NCBI GenBank assembly: GCA_964393005.1
Contig: CAYMRR010000001.1
Location: 1 to 54,380, forward strand
Direction: 5' to 3'
DNA length: 54,380 nt
DNA from: an uncultured Candidatus Saccharibacteria bacterium
Lineage (GTDB): Bacteria; Patescibacteriota; Minisyncoccia; Phycocordibacterales; UBA5272
In this document: positions 19,365-29,508 of the stretch, piece after piece
How the letters are laid out: every line of letters starts with the position of its first letter
How positions within the stretch are numbered: the first letter of the stretch is position 1
Notes under the pieces: generated by a model
Told to the model about the DNA's origin: nothing
Seen by the model: the letters and a program-made list of their open reading frames with translations, nothing else
Databases searched by the model: none
Made by a program: the position numbers and the translations under genes

Positions 19365-19916
19365 ATGAAAGAACATAATTTAGCTTTTATTGATGTAGAA
19401 ACTACAGGAGTAGATCATGAAAAACATGAAATTATAGAACTTGCTTTAATTGTAGTTAAACAAAAGGAAAGAGAAGGAAAAGGTCCTTCTATAGAAATTG
19501 TAGGAGAATATGAGTGGAAAATTAAACCTGAAAGATTAGAAGATGCTGAAGAAGAAGCTTTAAGAATAAATGGTTACAATGAAGTAGATTGGCTTTTTGC
19601 TGGCCCTCTTAATAATGTATTGGAAGATTTTAATAAAAAAGCTGAAGGTTGTATTTTTGTATCACATAATCTTACTTTTGATTATAATTTTATAATGCAG
19701 GCTTATAAAAAGACTGGAATAGAAAATAGAATGCATTATGGAAAATTGGATACTATATCTTTAGCTTTTGGAAGACTTTATGATGCTCCTCAAGCCAATA
19801 AGTTTTCTTTAAAATTTTTATGTGAATTACTTAAAGTAGAAAATGTTAAAGCTCATACAGCTTTAGCAGATACCAGAGCTTTAGTAGAAGTTTATAAAAA
19901 ACTAATGAGAGCTTAA
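19365..19916 (+). CDS. DEDDh 3'-5' exonuclease (DnaQ-like)
   Basis: Exo I FIDVETTG, Exo II SHNLTFDYNF, Exo III HTALADTRA. Confidence 0.8.
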   Translation: MKEHNLAFIDVETTGVDHEKHEIIELALIVVKQKEREGKGPSIEIVGEYEWKIKPERLEDAEEEALRINGYNEVDWLFAGPLNNVLEDFNKKAEGCIFVSHNLTFDYNFIMQAYKKTGIENRMHYGKLDTISLAFGRLYDAPQANKFSLKFLCELLKVENVKAHTALADTRALVEVYKKLMRA

Positions 19917-19935
19917 TTGTTTTAAAGTATAAATT

Positions 19936-20985
19936 ATGCTTAAAAAAAATAAAAAAGTTTTTGTGGGAATGTCTGGAGGAGTAGATTCTTCTGTAGCAGC
20001 TTTTTTATTAAAAGAAGAAGGGTATGAAGTGGTAGGAGTATTTATAAAAGTTTGGCAACCAGATTTTGTAGAATGTACTTGGAAAGAAGATAGAAGAGAT
20101 GCTATAAGAGTTTGTAGCAAATTAAATATTCCTTTTATTACTTTAGATTTAGAAAAAGAATATAAAGAAGGAGTCATAGATTATATGCTTGAAGAATATA
20201 AGAATAATCGTACTCCAAATCCAGATGTTTTTTGTAATAAAGAAGTGAAGTTTGGAGCATTTTTAGAATGGGCTATTAAAAATGGAGCAGACTATATAGC
20301 GACAGGACATTATGTTTCTAAAAATAAAGAAAATATTTTAAGTAAAGCTAAAGATAAAAGTAAAGATCAATCTTATTTTTTATGGACTTTAAAAAAAGAT
20401 CAAATAGAAAAGACTCTATTTCCTTTAGGAAGTTTAGATAAAAAAGATGTTCGAAAAATAGCTAAAAAAAATAATCTAATAGTAGCAAATAAAAAAGATT
20501 CTCAAGGACTTTGTTTTATAGGGAAAATAGATGTAAAAACCTTTTTAAAAGAATATATAAATATAAAGCCTGGCAAAATAATAGATTTAGAATCAAATAA
20601 AGATTTAGGTATTCACGAAGGGGTTTATTTTTATACTATAGGAGAAAAAGTAGTAGGAAAAAATATTATAAAAAAAGATTTGGAAAATAATATTTTATAT
20701 GTTGGAGATTATTCAGATAAAGAAGAAATTTTAAAAAATAAAATAATTTTAGAGCAAATTAATTTTAATATCAGTTTAGAGTCAGGAAAAACATATTCAG
20801 TTGCAGAAAGATATCATGCAAAAGAAACTTTAATTAAAATAACTTCTATAAAAGAAAATAAAAAAAATAATACTTTAGAATTAGATTTTACAGAAGAGCA
20901 AGCTGTTTCTTTTATTTATACTCCAGGACAATCTTTAGTTTTTTTTGATAAAGAAATTTTAATAGGAGGGGGAATAATGAAGTAA
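19936..20985 (+). CDS. mnmA: tRNA 2-thiouridine(34) synthase
   Basis: PP-loop VGMSGGVDSSV, CNKEVKF, ATGHY and DQSYFL. Confidence 0.93.
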   Translation: MLKKNKKVFVGMSGGVDSSVAAFLLKEEGYEVVGVFIKVWQPDFVECTWKEDRRDAIRVCSKLNIPFITLDLEKEYKEGVIDYMLEEYKNNRTPNPDVFCNKEVKFGAFLEWAIKNGADYIATGHYVSKNKENILSKAKDKSKDQSYFLWTLKKDQIEKTLFPLGSLDKKDVRKIAKKNNLIVANKKDSQGLCFIGKIDVKTFLKEYINIKPGKIIDLESNKDLGIHEGVYFYTIGEKVVGKNIIKKDLENNILYVGDYSDKEEILKNKIILEQINFNISLESGKTYSVAERYHAKETLIKITSIKENKKNNTLELDFTEEQAVSFIYTPGQSLVFFDKEILIGGGIMK

Positions 20986-21128
20986 ATATAATATACTATA
21001 GTTTTTTATTTTGTAAAGGTATAAAGGGTTTAAATAACTGTTATAATTAAATTGTTAATAGCTATTATTTTATTAGTCTTATTAACTTTAGTAGCAATTT
21101 TATCTAAATATATAATAAATTTAATTTT

Positions 21129-21809
21129 ATGAAAGCATATATAGGTGAACTTATAGGTACTGCAATTTTTGTGTTAATAGGTTGTGGTGCTATTATCTTT
21201 GGTGGTGGAGCTTTAGGTATACTTGGTATTGCTTTAGCTTTTGCTATGGCTCTTACCGTGGTAGTATTTTTAATCGATGGAGTATCTGGAGCTCATGTTA
21301 ACCCTGCTGTTACTTTATCCTTTGCTCTAGCTGGCAAATTTCCATGGAACAAAGTGTTTGGTTATATTTTAGCTCAAATTTTAGGAGCTGTAATAGGCTC
21401 TGTCTTGCTTTATGCTATTGTTATAAATATTCAAGATAGTACTCTTATTTTAAACTCTGGTTTTGGTACTAATGTTTTACATAATAGAGTGTCTGTTATT
21501 GGAGGAGCTTTAGTAGAAATTATTATGACTATGGTCTTTTGTCTAGTTATACTTGATACCACAAGATCAAGTTGGTCTAGAAATTCTATTCCTTTTGCTT
21601 ATGGAGCTACTCTTTTTGCTACTTATTTAGTAGCTATTCCTTTAACTGGAGCTTCTCTTAATCCTGCTAGAAGTATAGGTCCTGCTCTAGTTTCTCAAAA
21701 AAACTTAGATCAATTAGGAATCTTTATTTTGGCTCCTATAGTAGGTGCAGTGTTAGCTTACTTTATACATATTTTTGTATTTGGTAGAGATAGAAAAAGT
21801 AGAACTTAG
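21129..21809 (+). CDS. MIP family channel (aquaporin/glycerol facilitator)
   Basis: Two NPA boxes (HVNPAVT, SLNPARS) in a six-TM layout. Confidence 0.9.
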   Translation: MKAYIGELIGTAIFVLIGCGAIIFGGGALGILGIALAFAMALTVVVFLIDGVSGAHVNPAVTLSFALAGKFPWNKVFGYILAQILGAVIGSVLLYAIVINIQDSTLILNSGFGTNVLHNRVSVIGGALVEIIMTMVFCLVILDTTRSSWSRNSIPFAYGATLFATYLVAIPLTGASLNPARSIGPALVSQKNLDQLGIFILAPIVGAVLAYFIHIFVFGRDRKSRT

Positions 21810-21823
21810 TTCTTTTTTATTAA

Positions 21824-21863
21824 AAAGCAAATAAAGACATTTTTAAATGTTTTTATTTGCTTT
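21824..21863 (+). terminator. intrinsic terminator
   Basis: AAAGCAAATAAA ... TTTATTTGCTTT 12-bp stem followed by a T-run. Confidence 0.65.
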
Positions 21864-22077
21864 TTTTTATTTATTGTGCTATATTAATAGCAATATTGAC
21901 GAGATGCTTATCTTCTATTCCAACAGGTTGAGTTTTGTGGGTGACTCAAGTCAATAATAATTTCGAAATTATTATTAGTTTAAATATTAAAATCACATTA
22001 AGATCACCAAATCCTAATTTTATAATGCCTGAAAATAGGGTTGGTATCTTTTTGTGCTATTAAAATAAGATTATTTT

Positions 22078-25000
22078 ATGTCTAAAATAAAAAAAATAGA
22101 TAATACTCTTTTGGTGGCAAATCTGCCGAAAAAGACTTTCTCCAATTTTCGAGAACCATTTATCAAGTTACCTAATTTAGTAGAAAACCAGTTAGTCTCT
22201 TTTAAAAAATTAATAGAAGAAGATTTAGAAGTTATTCTAAAAGAATTGAATCCTATTAAAGATTATACAGATAAAAAATTTGAGCTTGAAATATTATCTT
22301 ATGAGCTCTCAGAACCTAAAATAACAGAAGAATACGCTAAAGAAAATAAACTCACTTATGAATCTACTCTCAAAGCTAGAGTCTTGTTAAAAAATAAGAT
22401 TTTAGGCACAGAAAAGGAGCAGGAGATTTTTTTAGCTACTTTTCCAATGATGACAGTACATGGAACTTTTATAATTAATGGAGTAGAAAGAGTAATAGTA
22501 CCTCAACTAGCCAGAAGTGCTGGTGAGTTTTTTGATTATGAAGAAGTAAATGGTAGAAAACTTTTTTCAGCTAAAATAGTTCCAAATAGAGGAGCTTGGG
22601 TAGAAATTATCACAGGTAATGATGGTGAGATTTTTGTTAAAATTGATAAAAAAAGAAAGTTTTCACTTATTTCTTTGCTTAGAGCTATAGGATTTGATAC
22701 AGATAAAGATATAGAAAAAGCTTTTGAAGGAAAAGATTTGTCTAAGGCTTATGTAATGAGTTTGGCTGAAAAAGATCCTATTAAGACAGCAGATGAAGCT
22801 TATATAGATGTTTACAAAAAACTTAGAGATGGAGATTTAGCTACAGTAGATAATGCAAAATATTATATAAACTCTCTTTTTTCTAAAGAAAGATATGACT
22901 TATCTCCTATAGGAAGGCTTAGATTTAATAAAAGATTTAATCTTTCTTTAGATGACAAAGAAATGAAAAGATTAACTCTTTCTAAAGAAGATATTGTTCT
23001 TATAATAGATCATTTGGTTAAATTAAATAATGATCCTGAAGCAGATAAAGATGATATTGATCATCTAGCTTCTCGAAGAGTACGTTTTGTAGGAGAAATG
23101 TTAGGAATGAAGGTAAAAAAAGGAATGCTTCAAATGAAGAGAAATGTACAAGAAAAAATGTCTGTAATAGATACAGATTCTACTTTACCTGTTTCTGTGG
23201 TTAATCAAAGACCTTTGCAAGCTAGAATTAAAGAATTTTTTACAGTTAATCAGCTTTCTCAACTCATGAATCAAGAAAATCTTTTAGCTGAAATTGAAAG
23301 TTTAAGAACTTTGTCTGCTCTTGGACCTGGAGGATTGTCTAAAGAGAGAGCTGGGTTTGAAGTAAGAGATGTGCATACTTCACATTATGGAAGAGTATGT
23401 CCTATACAGACACCAGACGGAGCAAATGTAGGACTTATTTTAAGACTTTCAGCTTATGCTAAAATTAATGAATTTGGAATTATAGAGACTCCTTATGTAA
23501 AGGTTAAAAATGGAAAAATAACACAAGAAGTAGAATATTTAAATGCTTTGCAAGAAGAATCTACAGTTATAGCTCATGCTGCTATAAATTATGATGATAA
23601 AGGTAATATTTTAGATAAAACTCTACAAGTAAGAAAAAAAGGTCATCCTGCTATAGTAAGTGTTAAAGAAGTAGAATATATAGATGTAGCTCCAAATCAA
23701 GCTTATTCTGTAGCTACAAATATGATTCCTTTCTTGGAGCATGATGACGCTGCTAGAGCTTCTATGGGTTCTAATATGCAACGACAAGCCGTACCTCTAA
23801 TATTGGCAGATGCTCCTTATGTAGCGACAGGAATGGAAGGAGAAGCAGCAAGACAAGTAGGAAGAATAGTTTTATCAGAAGAGGCTGGAACTGTAAAATA
23901 TGTAGATTCTAGCAAGATTATTATTACAGATAATAAAGGAAAAGATAAAACTTATGAGCTGGTAAACTTTTCAAGAACAAATAACTTTACCGTCTTTTAT
24001 CAAAGACCTATAATAGGTGTAGGAGATAAAGTTAAAAAAGGAGAAGTTATAGCAGACTCTTCTTCTACTAAAGGAGGTCAAATGGCTTTGGGACACAATA
24101 TAAGAGTAGCTTTTATGAGCTGGAATGGAGCTAATTATGAAGATGCTATTATAATTTCAGAAAGACTTGTAAGAGAAAAGAAATTTTCATCTATACATGT
24201 AGAAGAATTTATTTGTAATGTTAGAGATACTAAGCTTGGTATAGAAGTTACCACTCATGACATACCAAATGTTGGAGAAATTAAACTAAAAAATCTAGAC
24301 GAAGAAGGTATTATCAGAGTAGGAGCAGATGTTAGAGAGGGAGATATTTTGGTAGGAAAGATTACACCTAAAGGAGAGACAGAGCTTACACCAGAAGAAA
24401 GATTACTTAGAAGTATTTTTGGAGAGAAAATTAGGGATGTAAAAGATACATCTTTAAGGCTTGGTAATGGAAAAAGAGGAAGAGTTATTAATATTAAAGT
24501 TTTTTCAAGAGAAAGAGGTGATCAGCTAGAAAGTGGAGTAATTAAAAGAATTCATATAGAAGTAGCTCAGCTTCGAGATATTTCTGTGGGAGACAAACTT
24601 GCGGGACGTCATGGAAATAAAGGAGTTATTTCTAGAATTCTTCCTATTGAAGAAATGCCTTTTACAGCTGATGGAGAGCCTGTAGATATAATTTTAACTC
24701 CATTAGGAATTCCTAGTCGTATGAATATTGGACAAATATTAGAAATGCATTTAGGTTTAGCAGCAGAAGCTTTAGGTTATCAAGCTTTGGTACCTGTATT
24801 TGGAGGATCTACAGATGATGAAATAAAAGAAGAATTAGTAAAAGCAGGGTATGATGCCTCAGGAACTGTAGATTTGTTTGATGGAAGAACAGGAGAAAAA
24901 TTTGCAGAAAAAGTAGCTATAGGGATAATGTATCTTCTTAAATTGCACCATATGGTAGAAGACAAATTACATGCTAGAAGTATTGGACCATACTCTCTCA

Positions 25001-25335
25001 TTACTCAACAACCTTTGGGAGGTAAATCTCAAAATGGTGGACAGAGATTTGGAGAAATGGAAGTGTGGGCTCTTGAAGGTTATGGAGCAGCCCACACTCT
25101 TAGAGAAATTTTAACTATAAAGTCTGACGATATTACAGGTAGAACAGCAGCCTTTAACAATATTATTAAAGATGAACCAATTCAAGAACCTAATATTCCT
25201 GCATCACTTAATGTTTTACTTAATACTTTAAGAGGATTAAGTTTAGATGTAGTACCTCTTACCAAAGAAGGAGAAAGATTAGAAAAAGAAGAAGTATTAT
25301 TAGGAGAAGAAAAAGTTATTGAAATAGAAGATTAA
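22078..25335 (+). CDS. rpoB: DNA-directed RNA polymerase subunit beta
   Basis: Full-length collinear match to conserved RpoB blocks (GTFIINGVERVIV, RDVHTSHYGRVCPI, GRHGNKGVISRI, GGQRFGEMEVWALE). Confidence 0.98.
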   Translation: MSKIKKIDNTLLVANLPKKTFSNFREPFIKLPNLVENQLVSFKKLIEEDLEVILKELNPIKDYTDKKFELEILSYELSEPKITEEYAKENKLTYESTLKARVLLKNKILGTEKEQEIFLATFPMMTVHGTFIINGVERVIVPQLARSAGEFFDYEEVNGRKLFSAKIVPNRGAWVEIITGNDGEIFVKIDKKRKFSLISLLRAIGFDTDKDIEKAFEGKDLSKAYVMSLAEKDPIKTADEAYIDVYKKLRDGDLATVDNAKYYINSLFSKERYDLSPIGRLRFNKRFNLSLDDKEMKRLTLSKEDIVLIIDHLVKLNNDPEADKDDIDHLASRRVRFVGEMLGMKVKKGMLQMKRNVQEKMSVIDTDSTLPVSVVNQRPLQARIKEFFTVNQLSQLMNQENLLAEIESLRTLSALGPGGLSKERAGFEVRDVHTSHYGRVCPIQTPDGANVGLILRLSAYAKINEFGIIETPYVKVKNGKITQEVEYLNALQEESTVIAHAAINYDDKGNILDKTLQVRKKGHPAIVSVKEVEYIDVAPNQAYSVATNMIPFLEHDDAARASMGSNMQRQAVPLILADAPYVATGMEGEAARQVGRIVLSEEAGTVKYVDSSKIIITDNKGKDKTYELVNFSRTNNFTVFYQRPIIGVGDKVKKGEVIADSSSTKGGQMALGHNIRVAFMSWNGANYEDAIIISERLVREKKFSSIHVEEFICNVRDTKLGIEVTTHDIPNVGEIKLKNLDEEGIIRVGADVREGDILVGKITPKGETELTPEERLLRSIFGEKIRDVKDTSLRLGNGKRGRVINIKVFSRERGDQLESGVIKRIHIEVAQLRDISVGDKLAGRHGNKGVISRILPIEEMPFTADGEPVDIILTPLGIPSRMNIGQILEMHLGLAAEALGYQALVPVFGGSTDDEIKEELVKAGYDASGTVDLFDGRTGEKFAEKVAIGIMYLLKLHHMVEDKLHARSIGPYSLITQQPLGGKSQNGGQRFGEMEVWALEGYGAAHTLREILTIKSDDITGRTAAFNNIIKDEPIQEPNIPASLNVLLNTLRGLSLDVVPLTKEGERLEKEEVLLGEEKVIEIED

Positions 25336-25356
25336 TAAAATAAATAATAAAAAAAT

Positions 25357-28300
25357 ATGAAAACAATTGATACAACAAATTTCGATGCTTTACAATTAAA
25401 AATAGCTTCCCCAGAAGCTGTACGTTCTTGGAGTTATGGAGAAGTTACTAAACCTGAAACAATTAATTATCGTACAGGTAGAAGTGAAAGAGCTGGTCTT
25501 TTTGATGAAAAGATTTTTGGTCCAGAAAAAGATTATGAATGCTATTGTGGAAAATATAAAAGAATAAGATATAAAGGTATTGTTTGTGAAAAATGTGGAG
25601 TAGAAGTAACCAAAGCTATAGTAAGAAGAGAAAGAATGGGACATATAGAATTGGCTTCTCCTGTAGCACATATTTGGTTTTTAAGAGGAATTCCTTCTAG
25701 GATAGCTCTTATTTTAGGAGAACCTGCTGGAGAAGTAGAAAGAGTGGTTTATTTTGCTAATTATATTATTACTAAAGTAAATCAGAAAGAAAAAGAAGAA
25801 TTACTTAAGAATTTAGATAGCGAATTTAAAGCTAAAATCAAATCAGCTACTGATGAAAAAACAAAAGAAAAACTCAAAGAATTAATGGTGGCTACTAAAA
25901 AAGAAATAGCTGAAATTAGAGAGAGAAAAATTTTAGATGAAATGACTTATCATAGATATTCTATGAGATATAGTATAGCTTTTGAAGCCGAGATTGGAGC
26001 AGAAGCTATTTATAATATTTTTAAGAAATTAGATTTAGTAGAATTAGAAAAAGAAATATTAACAAGATTAGAAAAAATATCTACTTTGGAAAGAGCGAAA
26101 GAAGAAAAGAGATTATCTTTAGTCAGAGCTTTTATTAATTCAGAAATTAGACCAGAGTGGATGTTCCTTACTGTATTACCTGTTATTCCTCCTGGAGTAA
26201 GACCAATGGTATCTTTAGAAGGAGGCAGATATGCCACTAGTGATGTCAACGATTTATACAGAAGAGTGATAAATAGAAACAATCGTTTAATGAAGTTAAG
26301 AGAAATAAGGGCTCCTGAAGTTATTTTAAGAAATGAAAAAAGAATTTTACAAGAAGCTGTAGATGCTTTACTTGATAATTCAATGAGAAGGGGTCAAGGA
26401 GCTACTACTATTATAGGTCAAAAGAGACAACTAAAATCTTTAGCTGATGGTATAAAGTCTAAATCAGGACTTTTTAGACAAAACCTTTTAGGAAAGCGTG
26501 TAGACTATTCTGCTCGTTCTGTAATTGTTATTGGACCAGATTTAGCTTTAGATGAATGTGGATTACCAAAACATATGGTTTTAGAATTATTCAAACCTTT
26601 TGTTATCTCTAAATTACTTGAGAGAGAATTTACTTTCAATATAAGAGGAGCAAATAAACTCATAGAAGATGGAATTCCTGAAGTGTGGGAAATTTTAGAG
26701 GAAGTTATAGAGGATAAATATGTTCTATTAAACCGTGCGCCAACTTTGCATAGATTAGGAATTCAAGCTTTTAAACCAAAAATGATCGAAGGTAAAGCTA
26801 TACAACTTCACCCTCTAGTCTGTACTGCTTTTAATGCTGACTTTGATGGAGACCAAATGGCAGTACACCTTCCTTTGTCAGAAGAAGCGCAATATGAAGC
26901 TAGAGAAATAATGGCTTCTGATAAAAATCTTTTAAAGCCAGGATCTGGAGATTCTATTGTAAATCCTAGAATGGACATGATACTTGGATGTTTTTGGCTT
27001 ACTACAGAAATAGAAGGAGCAAAAGGAGAAAATAAGTATTTCTCTTCTCCTAATGATGCTATTACCGCATATGAATTTGGTATCTTAGATATTAGAGCTG
27101 GAATAGAAGTAGTACCTACAGATAAAATAAAGTATACTCAATTTGAAGGAAAAAGATTTAAAACCACAGTAGGAAGACTTTTATTTAACGCTGCATTTCC
27201 AGATGATTTTGAATATATCAATGAGGTTGTTAATGGAAGTAGAATGAGTAAAATTACCGATAAAATTATAATGCAATATGGATTTAATGCTGCTCCTAAA
27301 ATAGTAGACAAGCTAAAAGATTTAGGATTTAAATATGCTACTAAATCTGGTACTACTTGGAGTATAGATGCTGTAAAAGTTCCTGAAGAAAAAGTAGATA
27401 TTATAGAAAAAGGTAAAAGAGAAGAAGAGAAAATAAATCATCATTTTAATGAAGGATATCTCTCTGAAGAAGAAAAATATGATAAAGTTGTAGAAAATTG
27501 GACTAATATTAAAAAAGAAATAGAAGAAATAATGCCTACTAAATCTTTAGAGAAATATGGATCAGTTTACAATCTTGTAACTTCAGGAGCTAGAGGTTCT
27601 ATGAAGCAGCTTATTCAGATAGCTGGAATGAAAGGAATTATTGTAAACTCATTAGGAAGAAATATTGATTTCCCAGTAATATCTTCTAACAAAGAGGGAC
27701 TTTCTCCTATAGAATACTTTATTACTACTTATGGAGCTCGTAAAGGTACTTCAGATACAGCTCTTAAAACAGCAGAAGCAGGATATCTTACTAGAAGATT
27801 AGTAGATGTTTCTCAAGATATTGTCATTTCAGAAGATGATTGTGGTACTAAAAAAGCAAAACTATTAAAGACTGAAAATGTTTTAGGAATAACCATTCCA
27901 CTCTCTAAAAGTATAAGAGGAAGAGTGTTAGCTCAAGATTTATTAGATAAAGAGGGTAAAATGTTATTTAAAAAAGGATATTTGGTGAAAAAAGAAGATT
28001 CTAAAGTGATAGAAGATGCAGGAATAGAAGAAGCTTATATTTATTCACCATTATCTTGTGAGTCTTTAAGAGGTGTATGTAGAAAATGTTATGGTTTGGA
28101 TTTAGCTAGAAATGAGTCAGTTAAAATAGGGGAGGCAGTAGGTATAGTGGCTGCTCAAGCTATTGGAGAACCTGGTACTCAGCTTACTATGCGAACATTT
28201 CACTCAGGTGGAGTGGCTGGAGTAGACATTACTCAAGGACTTCCTAGAGTAGCTGAAATCTTTGAAAGGAGATCTCCTAAAAACCCAGGTATTATTTCTC

Positions 28301-28974
28301 TTTCTAATGGAGAAGTTGTAGAAGTTTTTAGAGATAAAAAAATAAAGAGAATAGTAGTAATGAGTGATGATGATGGTTCTTATGAACAAGCTAAGAAAAA
28401 AGGTATGAGAATAGAGTATGATTTATCTTATACTAGAAGACCTTTGGTTAAAGTAGGAGATAAAGTTAAAAAAGGACAAGCTCTTACTGACGGCTCTTTA
28501 AATATTGAACAATTACATAATTTAGCAGGAAGAGAGGTGACAGAAGAATATATTATAAACGAGCTTAATAAGGTTTATGAACTTCAAGGAGCTTCTATTT
28601 CTAGAAAACACTTAGAGCTTATTATAAAACAAATGTTTTCTAGAATAAAGATTACAGAAGTGGGAGATACTAATTTTACTCAAGGAGATTTAGTGGAAGT
28701 ATATGATTTTAGAGTAGAAAACGATAGAGTTAAAAGTGAAGGAGGTAAACAAGCTAAGGGAGATAATTTGATTTTAGGAATTTCAGAAGTAGCTCTTACT
28801 ACAAACTCTTGGCTTTCTTCAGCTTCTTTCCAACATACTACCAAAGTACTTATTAATGCTTCTACTAGAGGGCAAATAGACAAACTTTATGGTCTTAAAG
28901 AAAATGTAATAATAGGAAGACTCATACCAGCAGGAACTGGAATAGACGAAGAGTTTGAAGAAAATAAGAAATAA
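25357..28974 (+). CDS. rpoC: DNA-directed RNA polymerase subunit beta'
   Basis: Zinc motif CYCGKYK...CEKCGVEV, catalytic NADFDGDQM, and trigger-loop and bridge-helix blocks. Confidence 0.98.
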   Translation: MKTIDTTNFDALQLKIASPEAVRSWSYGEVTKPETINYRTGRSERAGLFDEKIFGPEKDYECYCGKYKRIRYKGIVCEKCGVEVTKAIVRRERMGHIELASPVAHIWFLRGIPSRIALILGEPAGEVERVVYFANYIITKVNQKEKEELLKNLDSEFKAKIKSATDEKTKEKLKELMVATKKEIAEIRERKILDEMTYHRYSMRYSIAFEAEIGAEAIYNIFKKLDLVELEKEILTRLEKISTLERAKEEKRLSLVRAFINSEIRPEWMFLTVLPVIPPGVRPMVSLEGGRYATSDVNDLYRRVINRNNRLMKLREIRAPEVILRNEKRILQEAVDALLDNSMRRGQGATTIIGQKRQLKSLADGIKSKSGLFRQNLLGKRVDYSARSVIVIGPDLALDECGLPKHMVLELFKPFVISKLLEREFTFNIRGANKLIEDGIPEVWEILEEVIEDKYVLLNRAPTLHRLGIQAFKPKMIEGKAIQLHPLVCTAFNADFDGDQMAVHLPLSEEAQYEAREIMASDKNLLKPGSGDSIVNPRMDMILGCFWLTTEIEGAKGENKYFSSPNDAITAYEFGILDIRAGIEVVPTDKIKYTQFEGKRFKTTVGRLLFNAAFPDDFEYINEVVNGSRMSKITDKIIMQYGFNAAPKIVDKLKDLGFKYATKSGTTWSIDAVKVPEEKVDIIEKGKREEEKINHHFNEGYLSEEEKYDKVVENWTNIKKEIEEIMPTKSLEKYGSVYNLVTSGARGSMKQLIQIAGMKGIIVNSLGRNIDFPVISSNKEGLSPIEYFITTYGARKGTSDTALKTAEAGYLTRRLVDVSQDIVISEDDCGTKKAKLLKTENVLGITIPLSKSIRGRVLAQDLLDKEGKMLFKKGYLVKKEDSKVIEDAGIEEAYIYSPLSCESLRGVCRKCYGLDLARNESVKIGEAVGIVAAQAIGEPGTQLTMRTFHSGGVAGVDITQGLPRVAEIFERRSPKNPGIISLSNGEVVEVFRDKKIKRIVVMSDDDGSYEQAKKKGMRIEYDLSYTRRPLVKVGDKVKKGQALTDGSLNIEQLHNLAGREVTEEYIINELNKVYELQGASISRKHLELIIKQMFSRIKITEVGDTNFTQGDLVEVYDFRVENDRVKSEGGKQAKGDNLILGISEVALTTNSWLSSASFQHTTKVLINASTRGQIDKLYGLKENVIIGRLIPAGTGIDEEFEENKK

Positions 28975-28988
28975 TTTACACAAAAATT

Positions 28989-29018
28989 AAAACCCCTTAT
29001 AATTTTATAAGGGGTTTT
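28989..29018. terminator. bidirectional terminator between convergent rpoC and a small minus-strand gene
   Basis: AAAACCCCTTATA-ATTT-TATAAGGGGTTTT, a 13-bp perfect stem. Confidence 0.75.
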
Positions 29019-29039
29019 AAAAAGGATGTCCTAAGCTAT

Positions 29040-29393
29040 TTAAGCTAGAAGATAACTCTTTTTAAAAACATTAAAGGTTTCTACTGTTAAAGTAGTTCCT
29101 TTTCCTATTTCAGGAATATCTTTTTCTCGGTAATATTTAATTACCTCACCAGGACTACCATCCGGTAAAACTATAGTAAGAGATATTTTGTAAATCTCTT
29201 CTATTTTGCCAGACATGAGTTCTGGTAAACTACTCATTAAAAAATTAGAGATAAGGAAATCCTCTGTCTCTTTTTTGTTTAGTTTTTTCAAAAGTTTAAC
29301 TTTTGAAATTTTTACCTCACTAGTTTTAATCCCTAGTTTAACTAGAACAATTAAAGCAAGCAATAATCCTGCAAAAAAATAAAGAACATTCAT
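29040..29393 (-). CDS. hypothetical small membrane-anchored protein
   Basis: 117-aa ORF with an N-terminal TM helix. It has host-like composition and no recognisable motif. Confidence 0.45.
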   Translation of the reverse strand: MNVLYFFAGLLLALIVLVKLGIKTSEVKISKVKLLKKLNKKETEDFLISNFLMSSLPELMSGKIEEIYKISLTIVLPDGSPGEVIKYYREKDIPEIGKGTTLTVETFNVFKKSYLLA

Positions 29394-29508
29394 AAAATAA
29401 TATTTAAGAAGTTAATAATCTTTTAGTATTTTAACATAAAAATAAAAGTTAGTCAAATTAAAAGATTTTTCATTATTTAGGTATTATTTGGTAGAATAAA
29501 GTTAACTT

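Noticed and set aside
21893-22077. SRP RNA, 6S RNA, tmRNA or RNase P RNA in the long gap before rpoB
   Set aside because: I could not find any diagnostic conserved motif (SRP domain IV, tmRNA tag or tRNA-like end, RNase P P4). It is treated as an rpoB leader of unknown structure instead.
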